The notes under the pieces: generated by a model
Seen by the model: only the letters and a program-made list of their open reading frames with translations
Database searches by the model: none
What the model was told of the DNA's origin: nothing
Shown here: positions 13,881 to 26,759 of the stretch, in pieces
Numbering within the stretch: position 1 is the first letter of the stretch
Layout of the letters: each line of letters begins with the position of its first letter
Translations under genes and position numbers: made by a program
Assembly: GCF_001194135.2 (NCBI RefSeq)
Contig: NC_068999.1
Location: 17,695,572-17,759,571 of the forward strand
Direction of reading: 5' to 3'
DNA: 64,000 nucleotides
DNA from: Octopus bimaculoides
Taxonomy: Eukaryota

Positions 13881-14279
13881 CACACACACACTCACAGAGA
13901 CACATACACACACACACACACAAACACGCAAACACATTTGCACATACGCACAAATATATAAATATATACGCATATATACATATGCATGTATGTGTGTGAC
14001 TGTCTGTCCATGTACGTGTGTGCATTTTTGTATACATGTACGAATTGGTGGTCATTATAATATATTGGAAGACGTAAGATAAAATGCCACAATTGCTAAA
14101 GGGTCGAAATGTACGAATTGTTTGGAAATTGCTAATCAAAACTGCTGTATAATCATTTGTGTACCAGCGAATGGGTCTTATACACGATGTTCAAAATAAT
14201 TCGTCTAACGGACCATGAGCATCCTTTAAAATGATTACCACGAAACTTTTATCACCTATCTTCTTTTTTATATATATAT

Positions 14280-14640
14280 GCAGGAGTGGTTATGTGGTAA
14301 GTTGCTTGCTTACCAACCACGTCGCTACGGTTTCAGCCCCAACTGCGTGGCACCTTAGTCAAGTGTCTTCTACTGTAGTCTCGGGCTGACCAAAGCCTTG
14401 TGAGTGGAAAGAAGCCCCCCCCCCATACATATGTATATAAGTATGTTTGTATGTGTGTATTTGTCCCCCGAAATCGCTTGACAACCGATGCTTGTTTTTT
14501 ACATCCTCATAATCCAGCGGTTCGGCAAAAGAAAGCGATAAAATAAGTACTAGCTTTAGAAAGTATAAGTCTTGGGGTCGATTTGATTCGACTAAAGGCG
14601 GTGCTCCAGCATGGGCGCAGTCAAATGACTGAAATAAATA
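14280..14640 (+). mobile_element. tRNA-derived SINE, family B, full length
   Basis: Head GCAGGAGTGGTTATGTGGTAAG, GGCACCTTAGTCAAGTGTCTTCT, internal TATG/TG tract, GATAAAATAAGTACTAG, GGGGTCGATTTGATTCGAC, 3' GCAGTCAAATGACTGAAA and an A-rich tail. Confidence 0.85.
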
Positions 14641-14694
14641 AAAAGAAAAAAAGAAAAAGAAAGAATGTCTGTTGCTAAACTACGTAGATCTTAC

Positions 14695-14753
14695 TTGAGT
14701 TAGCTGTACACTATATTCCTCTGTTTCTGCGACAAAAGCTAAATATTCTGTTC
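14695..14753 (-). CDS. Putative internal exon (xTEYLAFVAETEEYSVQLTQ)
   Basis: Acceptor catcatttcag|, donor |gtaaga, open frame phase 1 to 0, compatible with the 17113 exon end. Confidence 0.27.
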
Positions 14754-16399
14754 CTGAAATGATGCGCACACTCACTGACACACACACACACACACACAAA
14801 ATAAATAAATAAAATGACACATAGAAGCCATCTGACATTGCTAACATGGAACTGTCTCCTAAGTTGGCATATTTTAAGCTGAAAGCATCACGGAAAGGTT
14901 AATTTTATTTACTCTTTTCTTTTGAAAATACACTTCACACTTGAATACTATAGTGTAAATTATTTAATTATCTGTAATACTTGAACATTTGTTGCCTGCT
15001 TTTATCAAGCTTGACAATTTGAAATCAGTTTTTCCCGGTATGCTTTGCTCATTCAAACGTGTAATTTTACAGCAAACTCCCTAACACTTGCTGTTTTATA
15101 TCAACAAGAATTATTTTCTCACCATTGTTTCTTTTATACTCCTTGTACATATGAAATTATTTCCTCGTTAAAGACTGCTCTATGTTAATAAAAGTTAATT
15201 AATGATGAACGTTATGACGTTTAAGAGCTAATTACTCTTGGTGTTAGAGAAACCAAAAAAATCTCTGAATCTTCAGAAAAAATGCCAGCTTAGTCAGCAT
15301 GGAAGGTAATAATCAGGACCTTTTACAGCGCTGCAAAGAAAGGCGGGAGAAATGTAGAAACGAATGCTTAAATTCAGAATTCCAAACGTTTGCAATACTT
15401 TCATATCTTTAGTGAGTGAACTCCGCTAAATATATGAAAGAATTACATGCTGTAGTTAAATTGGACGAAAGCTTAATTTTCATACCCAAGCAAATCGCGA
15501 CATTTTTCAAATCAAAACCTGCACAGCCAGAATAATAAGAGTAGGGCAACAGGCTTGACAATTTCACAGTTCAGCAAACACTGCCATCTAGATTATAGTA
15601 ATTTTATTAACTCCGAAAACAATAAAACCAAAAATAAATCACGACGGTATCGCAGTGTGTCGCTGCATTGTTCCTTCAAGTTCTTCTGCATTGTCTGTGG
15701 CAGTTTGCCTATGCAAAACTTTGCCATATCTATGCAATAAACAGATGTTGATATTACCTTATCTACATATCAAATCATATACCATAAGCACTTTCTGAAT
15801 ACACTTCCTTCGAAGAGAGAAACACATTTTACAAAAAATAACTAAAAGATTTATAAACTCCGAATTGTGATGGACCTCATCAATAAATGTAACATAGAGA
15901 AAATATTGTATGCATGGTGTTCGAACATACTCTAGGCTTTCTAAGTATCTCCATTATATTTTCATTAAGTATAAGGAAAATGTTAAATTTAACATATTTG
16001 ATGTTTGAATAAATGAAAAAAATATTATGGACTGCAGTTGTATTTGTAACCTGTAATGCTAGATTTATATCCCGATGCACTCAAGGCTTCTAAAGTTAAA
16101 TGTACTAAAATGTGTCAACAATGATCTTTATTTTTGCCAACATGCCAATTCATATTTCAGAAAATCCAGAACTTTGGGATTGCCACATGATAGCGCTATG
16201 TCACAAAAGGCTTCAAATAGTTCACTTAATATGATTCATATCCCCGGTGACAGAGCAGCTGTTGATTTGCTCAAAAATAATTATTTTCGTGATAGAGGAA
16301 CAAAACATTTACGTTAGAATATCGGTCCTCGATCACCAATATCGTGTTTCTGACCTGCGCATGAGTGCAAAATCCATAGCATGTTTGTGAGAGAGTGTG

Positions 16400-16414
16400 T
16401 GTGCGTGTGTGTGT

Positions 16415-16464
<50 letters not shown>

Positions 16465-16500
16465 GAGAAAAGAGTGAGAGAGAACGTGTGTGTGAGAGAG
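16400..16500. repeat. Compound (TG)n-(GA)n microsatellite
   Basis: Directly visible. A similar (TG)-(GA)-(TG) array lies at 17424-17540. Confidence 0.95.
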
Positions 16501-16535
16501 AGATTGGCAGTGTTTGTATGTGAATGAGAATGTGA

Positions 16536-16660
16536 GAGTACTTTGTGTTTCTGGGGGTCGATGAAATAAATACCAGTGGAACATTAAGGATCGATGTAAT
16601 CGACTTTTTCCCTCCAGCGAAATTGCTGGCCTTGTGCCAAAATTTGAAACCAGTATTAAT
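16536..16660 (+). mobile_element. SINE family A, 3' half
   Basis: GGGGGTCGATGAAATAAATACCAG...GATCGATGTAATCGACT...AAATTGCTGGCCTTGTGCCAAAATTTGAAACCA. Confidence 0.85.
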
Positions 16661-16759
16661 TCTGCACATAAGACGAGTAGGTGGTAGAATATTTAGCGCA
16701 TGTGTAAAAAAAAAACAACAAAACAAAAATAAAATAAAGCGGTATTTCTTCCAACTTTA

Positions 16760-16915
16760 CATACTGAGTTCAAATGCCTCAAGCGTCGACTTTGCTCATC
16801 TGTCTTTACGGGGTTGTTAAAATAAGTACCATTTGAACTCTAGGGTCAATGCAATCGACTTACCCTCTCTAAGAAATTGCTGGTGTGGTCTGCCTAACTT
16901 TGAGACCAATATTAT
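16760..16915 (+). mobile_element. SINE family A, lacking the 5' head
   Basis: CTGAGTTCAAAT...GTCGACTTTGC...AAAATAAGTACC...GGGTCAATGCAATCGACTTACC...AAATTGCTGG. Confidence 0.8.
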
Positions 16916-17112
16916 TTCTGTGTATGCAAATGAAGAAATGACTGCCATATACGTTAAGTTCGCATAGAAATTTTTCGTTACCATAAAAAACACTTGATGA
17001 TAATTAAAATGAAATGTAAATAAATGTATTATATAATAAATCATCATCCGATCGAACGTTATATTCTTTCCCTCTCTGTTAACCCATAAGACTATGAATG
17101 ATACTTGCTTAC

Positions 17113-17221
17113 GGTCTTGAAAGTTTCTAGTATGTTTGTCAAAACAATCCAAACAAATACGTGAAGAATACTTAGAAGAATTCACATTCATAGAATTATC
17201 ATTATTTGCCGTCCATAACTT
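17113..17221 (-). CDS. Putative internal exon (KLWTANNDNSMNVNSSKYSSRICLDCFDKHTRNFQD)
   Basis: Acceptor catcttttatatag|, donor |gtaagc, open frame phase 0 to 1. No homology confirmation. Confidence 0.27.
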
Positions 17222-17424
17222 CTATATAAAAGATGTCGGAGAATATTTTTTCATGCAAACATCTTTATTTGTACAGCATAAATAAAGCAATTCAAAAGAC
17301 AAAGCATATATACAGAATTTATATGAAAACGAATAAAACAGAAATTCGCTTACGTAAATACAAACATAAAAACCATATATACATACGATAGCAGACTGAT
17401 TCACTGATACACACTTATAATGTT

Positions 17425-17538
<114 letters not shown>

Positions 17539-18145
17539 GAAAACTATATACACAAGTATTGTATGTTCACTTATACATTAAATTAAACATGTTGAGAAAT
17601 TCTTATCAGCTGGCACAAAAAGCAATTTGATGGATTGATATATGTTGTATCTATGACAAGCATTTTCAGCTGGTTATCCCCAAATTTGCATCTACATTTT
17701 ATCACTTAGCTTTCTGTCTTTCTCACTGCTTGATTGAATCTTTCTCTGCGATCATGCCAATGACAAGTGTATTTCATTCTTTTATCATACTGCATGCCGA
17801 ATATATTTACTGTCTAATCGTTAATTCCAAGTAGCCCATCCGTTTATGTTTAGCAGATCAGTATCGTGTTGGCAACACGTTTCTCTGATCAGCATGCATA
17901 ATAATTCACCAGTAGTACGGATATCCATACATGATTCCCGAATGACATTCTCCTTTTCATATAAGTTATCTATCTTAATGTACTAAAACACTGTTCAACT
18001 TTTACACAAATACAAATAACATAACGTAATAATCTCATGCTTGCATACATACTCAATGAATTACCAAGAAATATTCATGAACAAACACACACATATATCC
18101 ATATATGTATATATACTCACAAACATTAACGTATGTGTGTTTGTG

Positions 18146-18181
<36 letters not shown>

Positions 18182-18829
18182 NNNNNNNNNNNNNNNNNNN
18201 NNNNNNNNNNNNNNNNNNNNNNNNNNNNNNNNNNNNNNNNNNNNNNNNNNNNNNNNNNNNNNNNNNNNNNNNNNNNNNNNNNNNNNNNNNNNNNNNNNNN
18301 NNNNNNNNNNNNNNNNNNNNNNNNNNNNNNNNNNNNNNNNNNNNNNNNNNNNNNNNNNNNNNNNNNNNNNNNNNNNNNNNNNNNNNNNNNNNNNNNNNNN
18401 NNNNNNNNNNNNNNNNNNNNNNNNNNNNNNNNNNNNNNNNNNNNNNNNNNNNNNNNNNNNNNNNNNNNNNNNNNNNNNNNNNNNNNNNNNNNNNNNNNNN
18501 NNNNNNNNNNNNNNNNNNNNATATATGTACACCGCTTTGTGTGTTTTAAAATATCACTGAAAATACAACACATACATACAAATAATATGAAATTGTACGA
18601 AACAAATATACAACCTAACTCGACATTGTAACTCTACGAAGTAGACCGGACTACCAGATGTAAATTCGCAGAAAATCTCTGAAGGCGGGTGAATGTGTCA
18701 GAAAGATTGCATTGTTGATCTATTCTCATTGTTCAAATTTACGTAATTTCCACCAAAGTCCAGATTGTGGTCATGAGGATGTAGTTGAATGTTACAGGAT
18801 ATAAACGATTAGCTGACAACTGCATATGC

Positions 18830-18970
18830 AGATCTGAACTCACGTTCTGCTGATGTCGACTTTTCCTATCATCCTGCCAAGCTCGATAAACCAAGTACCA
18901 GTTGAACACAGGGGTCGATGTAATCGACTTAGCCCATACCCCGAAATTGCTGCTCTTGTGCCAAAATTTT
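18830..18970 (+). mobile_element. SINE family A, lacking the 5' head
   Basis: GTCGACTTTTCCTATCATCC...AAGTACCAGTTGAACACAGGGGTCGATGTAATCGACTTA...AAATTGCTGCTCTTGTGCCAAAATTT. Confidence 0.85.
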
Positions 18971-19102
18971 AAATGAATATGTGTGCGACTTGCAAGGAAG
19001 TAGAAGCGATATCTTCTTAGGTATACTTCTAATAATTTTTCACACACCATTTTACTATAAAATTCAAGACCGAAACATTTATTATAAAAGATGCATATTT
19101 AC

Positions 19103-19143
19103 CAAGGTGATGTAGTTCGAGGTTTCCCGGGAAACAACGACTG
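19103..19143 (-). CDS. Putative micro-exon (xVVVSRETSNYITL)
   Basis: Acceptor aattccccatag|, donor |gtaaat, phase 1 to 0. Bridges the 27209 and 17221 candidates in frame. Confidence 0.2.
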
Positions 19144-19832
19144 CTATGGGGAATTCTTAATTATACATCTATGCCTATATTTATAAACACCAGCATGAAG
19201 CTGATATTTATGATACTCATTCGATACATAAATTTTAAACTAATCACGCTGTGCATTGTAAGAATATGCGAATGCATTTAGAAATAACTAAACACTTACA
19301 CTAGAAGATGATCAACAAAAAGCAATAATATAAAGTAAACAGGAAATTAAAAGATGTGAGTCAAAAAGTTGGCACGTAGGATATATAGAGTGAAAACAAG
19401 CGTACAAAAATAGCTAAATATTCCTACTGTTTTTTTTTCTCTGATTATATATCTACTCATTTGTTTATTTACATGTACAATTAATCCGCTCACCAAAGTT
19501 TTATCTTTATGATTTCATGCGATGTTAATAGGCGAAACAGTCTTATCGGGTAGTTTTCTGTTTTTGCATGTTACTGCTAATGTATCTATGCATAATGCAT
19601 ACGTGTTGTTTTCTAAATGCTGAATCAAGATCCAAGATATATGAAAACAACCAATTTGTTAATATTATGTTCTCAATATGAACGTATTTCATATGACTAT
19701 GGAAGCAAACACATTGTTACAATTTCAAACTTCTATTTATTAAGGGATTCACTTCGTATAAGAAATTATGTATACTTTGGATCACGAGTTGGATATATTC
19801 GCGAATATTATTGATATTTTTCTTGCTCTGGC

Positions 19833-19881
<49 letters not shown>
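19833..19881. repeat. (TAT)n microsatellite
   Basis: Directly visible. Confidence 0.95.
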
Positions 19882-20181
19882 GTTCAGTAGTTTTATTTTT
19901 ATAACGTACTTTCACTTCACTATCGAGCGCAGCTCTGTATGCCTTGGGTGAGTGCTGTAGTTTGGTGTGATGCTCTTATGGTTACTGTATTGAAAGTGTT
20001 TTCCGTGGGATGTGTGCAGTGCCCAGTAGTGCAATTTTCTGTATGTTATAAAAAAAAATGTTTTATTATTGTGCTAATTCTTTTTCATAGTAGCATAAAC
20101 GAAGTAGTCTTAGAAGCAGTGATAGCGGTACTGATGGTGGTTTTAGCAGTATTAATGTTGGTAAAAGTTGTAGTGGCATTT

Positions 20182-20234
20182 GTGGTGGTGGTGGTAGCAG
20201 CAGCAGCAGCAGCAGCAGAAGCAGCAGCAACAGA

Positions 20235-20292
<58 letters not shown>
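20182..20292. repeat. Compound trinucleotide (GTG)n-(GCA)n-(GTA)n
   Basis: Directly visible; explains ORF 19939-20298. Confidence 0.95.
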
Positions 20293-20571
20293 TATTAATA
20301 TCGAGCAGGACTTTAAAGTTATTTGAATAAAAGTTAAAAAATATAATATTAATGATTAGTATAAATACTTATTGCACAAATTCATATTCAATTTCTATCT
20401 TCCCTTCCCTATTGGCACACAATATTGCTCCGTAATGCTGACTTATGACTAAGTACCAATTGCTATGTTTAGAATTATAACGTTTCATAACATCTGTCAT
20501 GCTCATGGTGACAAGAGCTACACATATTCACATTGGTTGACAAATATCTACAGAGACAAATAAAACCATCT

Positions 20572-20730
20572 CACCACCACACAGCACCACCACCCCACAC
20601 AACACCACCACCCCACACAGCACCAACACCCCACACATCATCTGTTGACACACCACTATACCAGACCACACCACAGCACACCACCCCGCACACATTATCA
20701 CTGACCACTTCCCAGCACCTACATCACCAT
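20572..20730. repeat. C/A-rich low-complexity tract with an approximately 18-bp unit (CACCACCACCCCACACAG)
   Basis: About three near-identical units at 20580-20640, decaying downstream. Confidence 0.75.
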
Positions 20731-21341
20731 CCACACAGCTACACATGCTCATACATATATGGAGGATGTATGTGTATGTATAATTATCTATAATCATATA
20801 TACATATATATATATATATAGATATAGCTACATAGGGAGATAGATAGAAATATAGATATATACATATAAATATACACACATCACCACACCACACACCACC
20901 ATTCCACACTACACGAACACGAATACAGACCAACACATATATATATATATATCATTTTGTTGAGAGTCATTTCTCTCGGAGCTAAAATATGAGAACAATA
21001 CCGACGCAATGAAAGAATTACTATTTGATTGAATCCAGTGAACAGTTTCGAATACAAAACAAATCCTTAAAAATGTTCTATCATTAAAAAGTGTTTTTCA
21101 TGGCATAATGTCGGTAATATTACACCACATAAACGAAAATTGCTCGGAAACATGGTAGGAGAATTCATACTTCGAGTGTCTTTCATGTTATTTCTGATTG
21201 TCCAGAGATGAGCCAGTGCTAAAGAACAATATTTCTGCAGAACGATGTCGATACCGTATAGTTTTCTGATAAATAATTGCATCACTACATGAATTTCTCT
21301 TTCCCACTATTTGCCAAAAAATAATTTTCATATTCGCCGAT

Positions 21342-21379
<38 letters not shown>

Positions 21380-21638
21380 TATAAACAAAACAAATAAATT
21401 GAACCATGAATGAGAAATACATAAATACAATCATCATATATTTATATACTAAATAGTGCGGAGTTGATTATATTTATCGATTTAGTGTACTTAATTAATC
21501 ATGGAATTAAAATAATAGACACAAAGTACATCATAGTAGGTACTGCAACATAGTGGCGTATTTTGGCATTTTTCCCACTTTAAGCTCATTCACTTTTTAG
21601 CTGTGTAATGTATTAGAAAACCAAACTAAAAGCGTAAA

Positions 21639-21639
<1 letters not shown>

Positions 21640-21672
<33 letters not shown>

Positions 21673-21723
21673 TAATAATAATAATAATGATAATAATAAT
21701 AATAATAATGGTAATAATGATAA
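21640..21723. repeat. (AAT)n microsatellite with GAT interruptions
   Basis: Directly visible. Confidence 0.95.
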
Positions 21724-22166
21724 TCTTCGGAGAACTGTTTTAGTTTTGGTTCAATTAATGAAAACCTTCATTCCATTCATTTCAATCGAATCATATGAAT
21801 TTGCACATGCGTCCTGAAGCTCGTGTTTCCATCATAACACTATACTTATTGATTCTTTATCGGAATGAAAAGAAAAAAAATAGCAAACAAACAAACAAAC
21901 AAACAAACAAATATCAAACATACGTTTGGTGTTGCTACAATTCAAACAGAGCTGTTAATAGTATTAAGGAAGTTCCTTCTGTTTCATTTATTTGATAATC
22001 AACTGGTAACGGTTATCATGAAAATGACATGAAAAGTATGACTCAAGATACTATATTGATTCAACCGTAATTTAGCTTTTATGTTCTTTTTATTTCTTTT
22101 TTCTGTGATACACAATGCACATACGCATCCCCACATTTACACACGCACGCACACACATAAATATAC

Positions 22167-22215
<49 letters not shown>

Positions 22216-24499
22216 TATATATGTGTGNNNNNNNNNNNNNNNNNNNNNNNNNNNNNNNNNNNNNNNNNNNNNNNNNNNNNNNNNNNNNNNNNNNNNNNNN
22301 NNNNNNNNNNNNNNNNNNNNNNNNNNNNNNNNNNNNNNNNNNNNNNNNNNNNNNNNNNNNNNNNNNNNNNNNNNNNNNNNNNNNNNNNNNNNNNNNNNNN
22401 NNNNNNNNNNNNNNNNNNNNNNNNNNNNNNNNNNNNNNNNNNNNNNNNNNNNNNNNNNNNNNNNNNNNNNNNNNNNNNNNNNNNNNNNNNNNNNNNNNNN
22501 NNNNNNNNNNNNNNNNNNNNNNNNNNNNNNNNNNNNNNNNNNNNNNNNNNNNNNNNNNNNNNNNNNNNNNNNNNNNNNNNNNNNNNNNNNNNNNNNNNNN
22601 NNNNNNNNNNNNNNNNNNNNNNNNNNNNNNNNNNNNNNNNNNNNNNNNNNNNNNNNNNNNNNNNNNNNNNNNNNNNNNNNNNNNNNNNNNNNNNNNNNNN
22701 NNNNNNNNNNNNNNNNNNNNNNNNNNNNNNNNNNNNNNNNNNNNNNNNNNNNNNNNNNNNNNNNNNNNNNNNNNNNNNNNNNNNNNNNNNNNNNNNNNNN
22801 NNNNNNNNNNNNNNNNNNNNNNNNNNNNNNNNNNNNNNNNNNNNNNNNNNNNNNNNNNNNNNNNNNNNNNNNNNNNNNNNNNNNNNNNNNNNNNNNNNNN
22901 NNNNNNNNNNNNNNNNNNNNNNNNNNNNNNNNNNNNNNNNNNNNNNNNNNNNNNNNNNNNNNNNNNNNNNNNNNNNNNNNNNNNNNNNNNNNNNNNNNNN
23001 NNNNNNNNNNNNNNNNNNNNNNNNNNNNNNNNNNNNNNNNNNNNNNNNNNNNNNNNNNNNNNNNNNNNNNNNNNNNNNNNNNNNNNNNNNNNNNNNNNNN
23101 NNNNNNNNNNNNNNNNNNNNNNNNNNNNNNNNNNNNTATATATTGTGTAGTGAATTAAATAGAAATATATGCAATGAATGTTACCTTGCTGTGATGATTC
23201 TCTTCATTCGTAGCAACACATATCAAGTAATGTTTAACCTTGTTTCACCTAATCGTATTTCAGAGGCATTCGTATCATCGCGCTATCCGAATGGAAATTT
23301 TCATGCAGTTTCCCATAAAAATAAGGCCATAAACGTAGACATGCAGGTCAAGTAGTGCAAGAGTTCAAGAGAAGGACAGAGGATTCGTAGGGAACTCTTG
23401 GTCAGGTATGCTGACCGATCTCGAGTTGAAGAGAATCACCACATCTGCCACGAACAAAGGAATTCTCATCTTCTGTTTCAGCCCAGCTCAAACATAAAAA
23501 TCTCAAAATTTCCAAACATACATAACACACATCTGCTACTCAGCAGGGCAGCCTTCAGAAAGTAAACTTGGCTGTGTCAACGCAGAAAAAGGTATGATTC
23601 ATTAATCACAATATTGTGCTTGATTCTATGTGAGAAACATATATCGTATTGCCTGCTGATTGTTTTCTCTTATTGGTTAGTGATTTTAGGACCACATCAA
23701 CTATTAATACGGAAACCATTAGAAAGACTTGCGGTATATTGTACATGGCATGAGCTATCAGTCATCAACGGCAGAAAGGACATAAAAGTATCCTATATAT
23801 TAATTGTGTAGAATATTTAGAATGTTGTGAAACAATTTATATCAGTATATCTACATTCATTTCTGTATGCATTTGTGTTAAAATGTGCATGTGTGCGTGC
23901 TTGTATGTGTGTATGTATGTATATATAGATATATTTATGCATATGTAAGTATCTTAGTGTTTCTTTATAGTGTGTGCGAGTGTATATGTATAAGTAATAA
24001 TTGCTTTCGAAGTTGTTTTATGTAAATTACATGAATATTTTAATATATATAATTCATCAGCTATGTTTTTGCTAAATTTAAATTTTCAAGTGTAATCTCT
24101 CATATGTAAATAATATATATTTGGTATTCAAAATATATATTGGAAAAATCGATATGACTTTTTAAATTTGTAGAAAAAAATAAATATGAATTATATCACT
24201 TTGACACACATGACCATGGACACCCACACAATACACACACGTGTGTATGAATGCGCTCATAGACTTACAAGCCAGTATGCGTACATGTATGCTTTATATA
24301 CAATTAAAGTAAATTAAATATGTTTCATGTTTTGAATTCCATGTAAAATTTTGGAGTCGAATCTGAAATATAAACACCATTATTCTTCTACCATGGCACC
24401 ACAATGACACATGTCAACATGGTTCCTCGCCCACTGACTCACTCTCAGACACACATAGGCGCGCGCGCACGCACACACAAATAGGATAAAACTGTTTTC

Positions 24500-24750
24500 C
24501 CCCTTCCGAGGCATGAGAATGCATACCATGACTGCCCTCTCTCCACCACCAATGTTGTCCAAGCGAAAGGCAAAGGCCAACACAGCCTGGCACCAATGAC
24601 GTTACTACTCATTTCTACAGATGAGTCACCTGGCGGAAAGTGAAATAAAGTGTCTTGTTCAAACCCACGACCCCACATTTGTAAGCTCAATGCTCCAACC
24701 ACTGTATTCTCGATGTCCTGACAACTTGGCCATGTGGCTTCACACACACA
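24500..24750 (-). mobile_element. SINE family C
   Basis: CCAATGTTGTCCAAGCGAAAGGCAAAGGCC...GTGAAATAAAGTGTCTTGTTCAA is the reverse of the TTGAGCAAGACACTTTATTTCAC-type block; matches 3130, 8962 and 37770. Confidence 0.75.
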
Positions 24751-24894
24751 TACACACCCACTCACACACACACACACTCATACAGACACACTTTTTAAAA
24801 ATATTCCCTTTTTTGTTTCATCTTTTTTTCGTTTTTCATTGTTTCAATCATTTCACTGCACTCAATGTTAGGGCAGAACCTTGCAGAAGCTTGC

Positions 24895-25120
24895 GTCAAG
24901 CTTGCAGAAACGTTAGCGCGCCGGGCGAAATGCTTAGCAGTATTTCGTCTGCCGTTACGTTCTGAATTCAAATTCCACCGAGGTTGACTTTGCCTTTTAT
25001 CCTTTCGGTGTTGATAAATTAAGTACCAGTTACGCACTGTGGACGATTTAATCGACTTATTCCTTTGTCTGCCTTTATTTGTCCCCTCTATGTTTAGCCC
25101 CTTGTGGATAAATACAGAAA
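24895..25120 (+). mobile_element. SINE family A with an alternative 3' end
   Basis: GCTTGCAGAAACGTTAGCGCGCCGGGCGAAATGCTTAGC...TTACGTTCTGAATTCAAATTCCACCGAGGTTGACTTTGCC...AAGTACCAG; after TCGACT the 3' sequence differs from the other A copies. Confidence 0.85.
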
Positions 25121-25134
25121 GAAGAATTTCGTTC

Positions 25135-25420
25135 GAACGAATGGACCCCAATAACTATTTTGTTAAGCCTGGTACTTATTCCATCATCACTTTTTGCCGA
25201 AGTTATGGGGAGTAAACACACTAGCACATGTTGTTATGTGGTGGATGGAGAGAAACATAGGAAGTAAATTTACACACCAGCACACACACATGTGTACATG
25301 TATTCGTCGGGTTTTCTTTACTTTCCGTCTACAAATCCACTCGCAAGGCATTGGTCAGCCCCAGTCTAGAACATTCTGGCTGTGAAAGAAACGTCTTGCC
25401 ACACATCCACACCTGCGCCT
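25135..25420 (-). mobile_element. SINE family B, degenerate
   Basis: GACCCC..., CCTGGTACTTATTCC, TTTTGCCGAA, internal CA tract and AAATCCACTCGCAAGGCATTGGTCAGCCC are the reverse of 14280-14640. Confidence 0.75.
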
Positions 25421-26587
25421 ACACATGTCGCATATGCTGCCTCGTATGATATAGTCGGTGACATAAATACTTGCATGTCAATCATTCAAGCAAAATATTT
25501 GAAGTTATCCATATTACTATACTAATGTTATAAATTTATTATATCTCAACGGATATATCAATGTATATGTGTGCGTGAATTTCTCCATTATTAAGAAATA
25601 ATCATATTGCATTATTGAAACTGTAGATTGGGAAGAAATTAGTAAAGTTAGCAAAGTAGAATAAGTAAGATTGCCAAGATGACGTTTAATTAACAGACAT
25701 TTCGTATCTTTCCTTTTATCGAGAATGTTTCATAAATGGGTTTCTTGCCAACATTATATAGATGTGTATGGTCGACAGTATAGACGTATATGTATAACAT
25801 TCGTATAAGTTTCATTATAAGTTTAAGAATCATTACTTCATTCAAAGATATTTTAGACACGAAAATACATTCTAAATGTCAGGTGAACCACACTATGTCG
25901 TGAAAATGATAAAATAATCTCTAGTTTACTCTCTGTTATGGTTATATGTATTGTAGCTGAAATTTGCTTTTCAATTCAACTGTGCAAGTTCTGAAACAAA
26001 GGTTAAGTCAAGCAGAAACCCTACAATGTTTAGATATAACTTGAAGTTTGTACGTTTACGCTCATACCGGTGCAGTAGGTTCAACACACCAGCAGACCCT
26101 AGGTCAAAAACCAAAATAATCCATTAAGTTACACACATATCATTAAATAATTAAATACTGCAAACTATGTTGACCTTTCTTCTACCGATGCTGCTAACCT
26201 GTCTTCAACTGATATACAATAATGAACTGAATTCACTATTTCAGTATATAAATGCCCAACTATGTGTAATTTTGTATATATGTACGTATGTCTATGTGTG
26301 TTTTAAATACATTATCACGATTTACTTTCATATTCATTATAATTGAAAAGCGCATTCTGACATCGTCATACCTAATGCATATGTACTTGATAACTTTGAA
26401 TGAGAACTTTTCAAATTTCGAACGCTAATTTCGAAAGTGAATATCAAATTCTAAAGATTTTCATTTGAATGCGTGTTTGATTAGTATTATATAATACAAA
26501 TGGTCGACCATCTTAACAGAGGCATTATTTACAAACAATTGCTTCCGGTTATTACAATTTTAACATTGGCAGAGACGAATGCTTTAC

Positions 26588-26665
26588 CACTGAAAGTTTT
26601 CCCAACCAACTGTAATTATTGCAAGTTTTGCGTGGTTTCTATGTAAACTGTAAGGATATTCAATT
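26588..26665 (-). CDS. Putative internal exon (IEYPYSLHRNHAKLAIITVGWENFQ)
   Basis: Acceptor gctgtattcaatag|, donor |gtaaag, open frame phase 2 to 2. Unconfirmed. Confidence 0.18.
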
Positions 26666-26716
26666 CTATTGAATACAGCACAAATATATATGTACGTAAT
26701 ACCAACATGTCCCTCT

Positions 26717-26759
<43 letters not shown>

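Noticed and set aside
15295-15360. Very strong minus-strand pyrimidine tract and CAG acceptor
   Set aside because: All three frames stop within about 12 codons and there is no good donor, so it is not supportable as CDS. It could still be UTR or non-coding.
19939-20298. Hydrophobic 119-aa ORF with poly-Ala and poly-Val
   Set aside because: Its tail is (GTG)(GCA)(GTA) repeat and the rest has no recognisable motif.
21617-21751. Approximately 13-bp inverted repeat around an (AAT)n tract
   Set aside because: Short, A/T-rich and imperfect; expected by chance.
22081-23355. Longest ORFs in the track (up to 424 aa) and all other X-filled ORFs
   Set aside because: They are open only because they run through N-gaps and flanking dinucleotide repeats.
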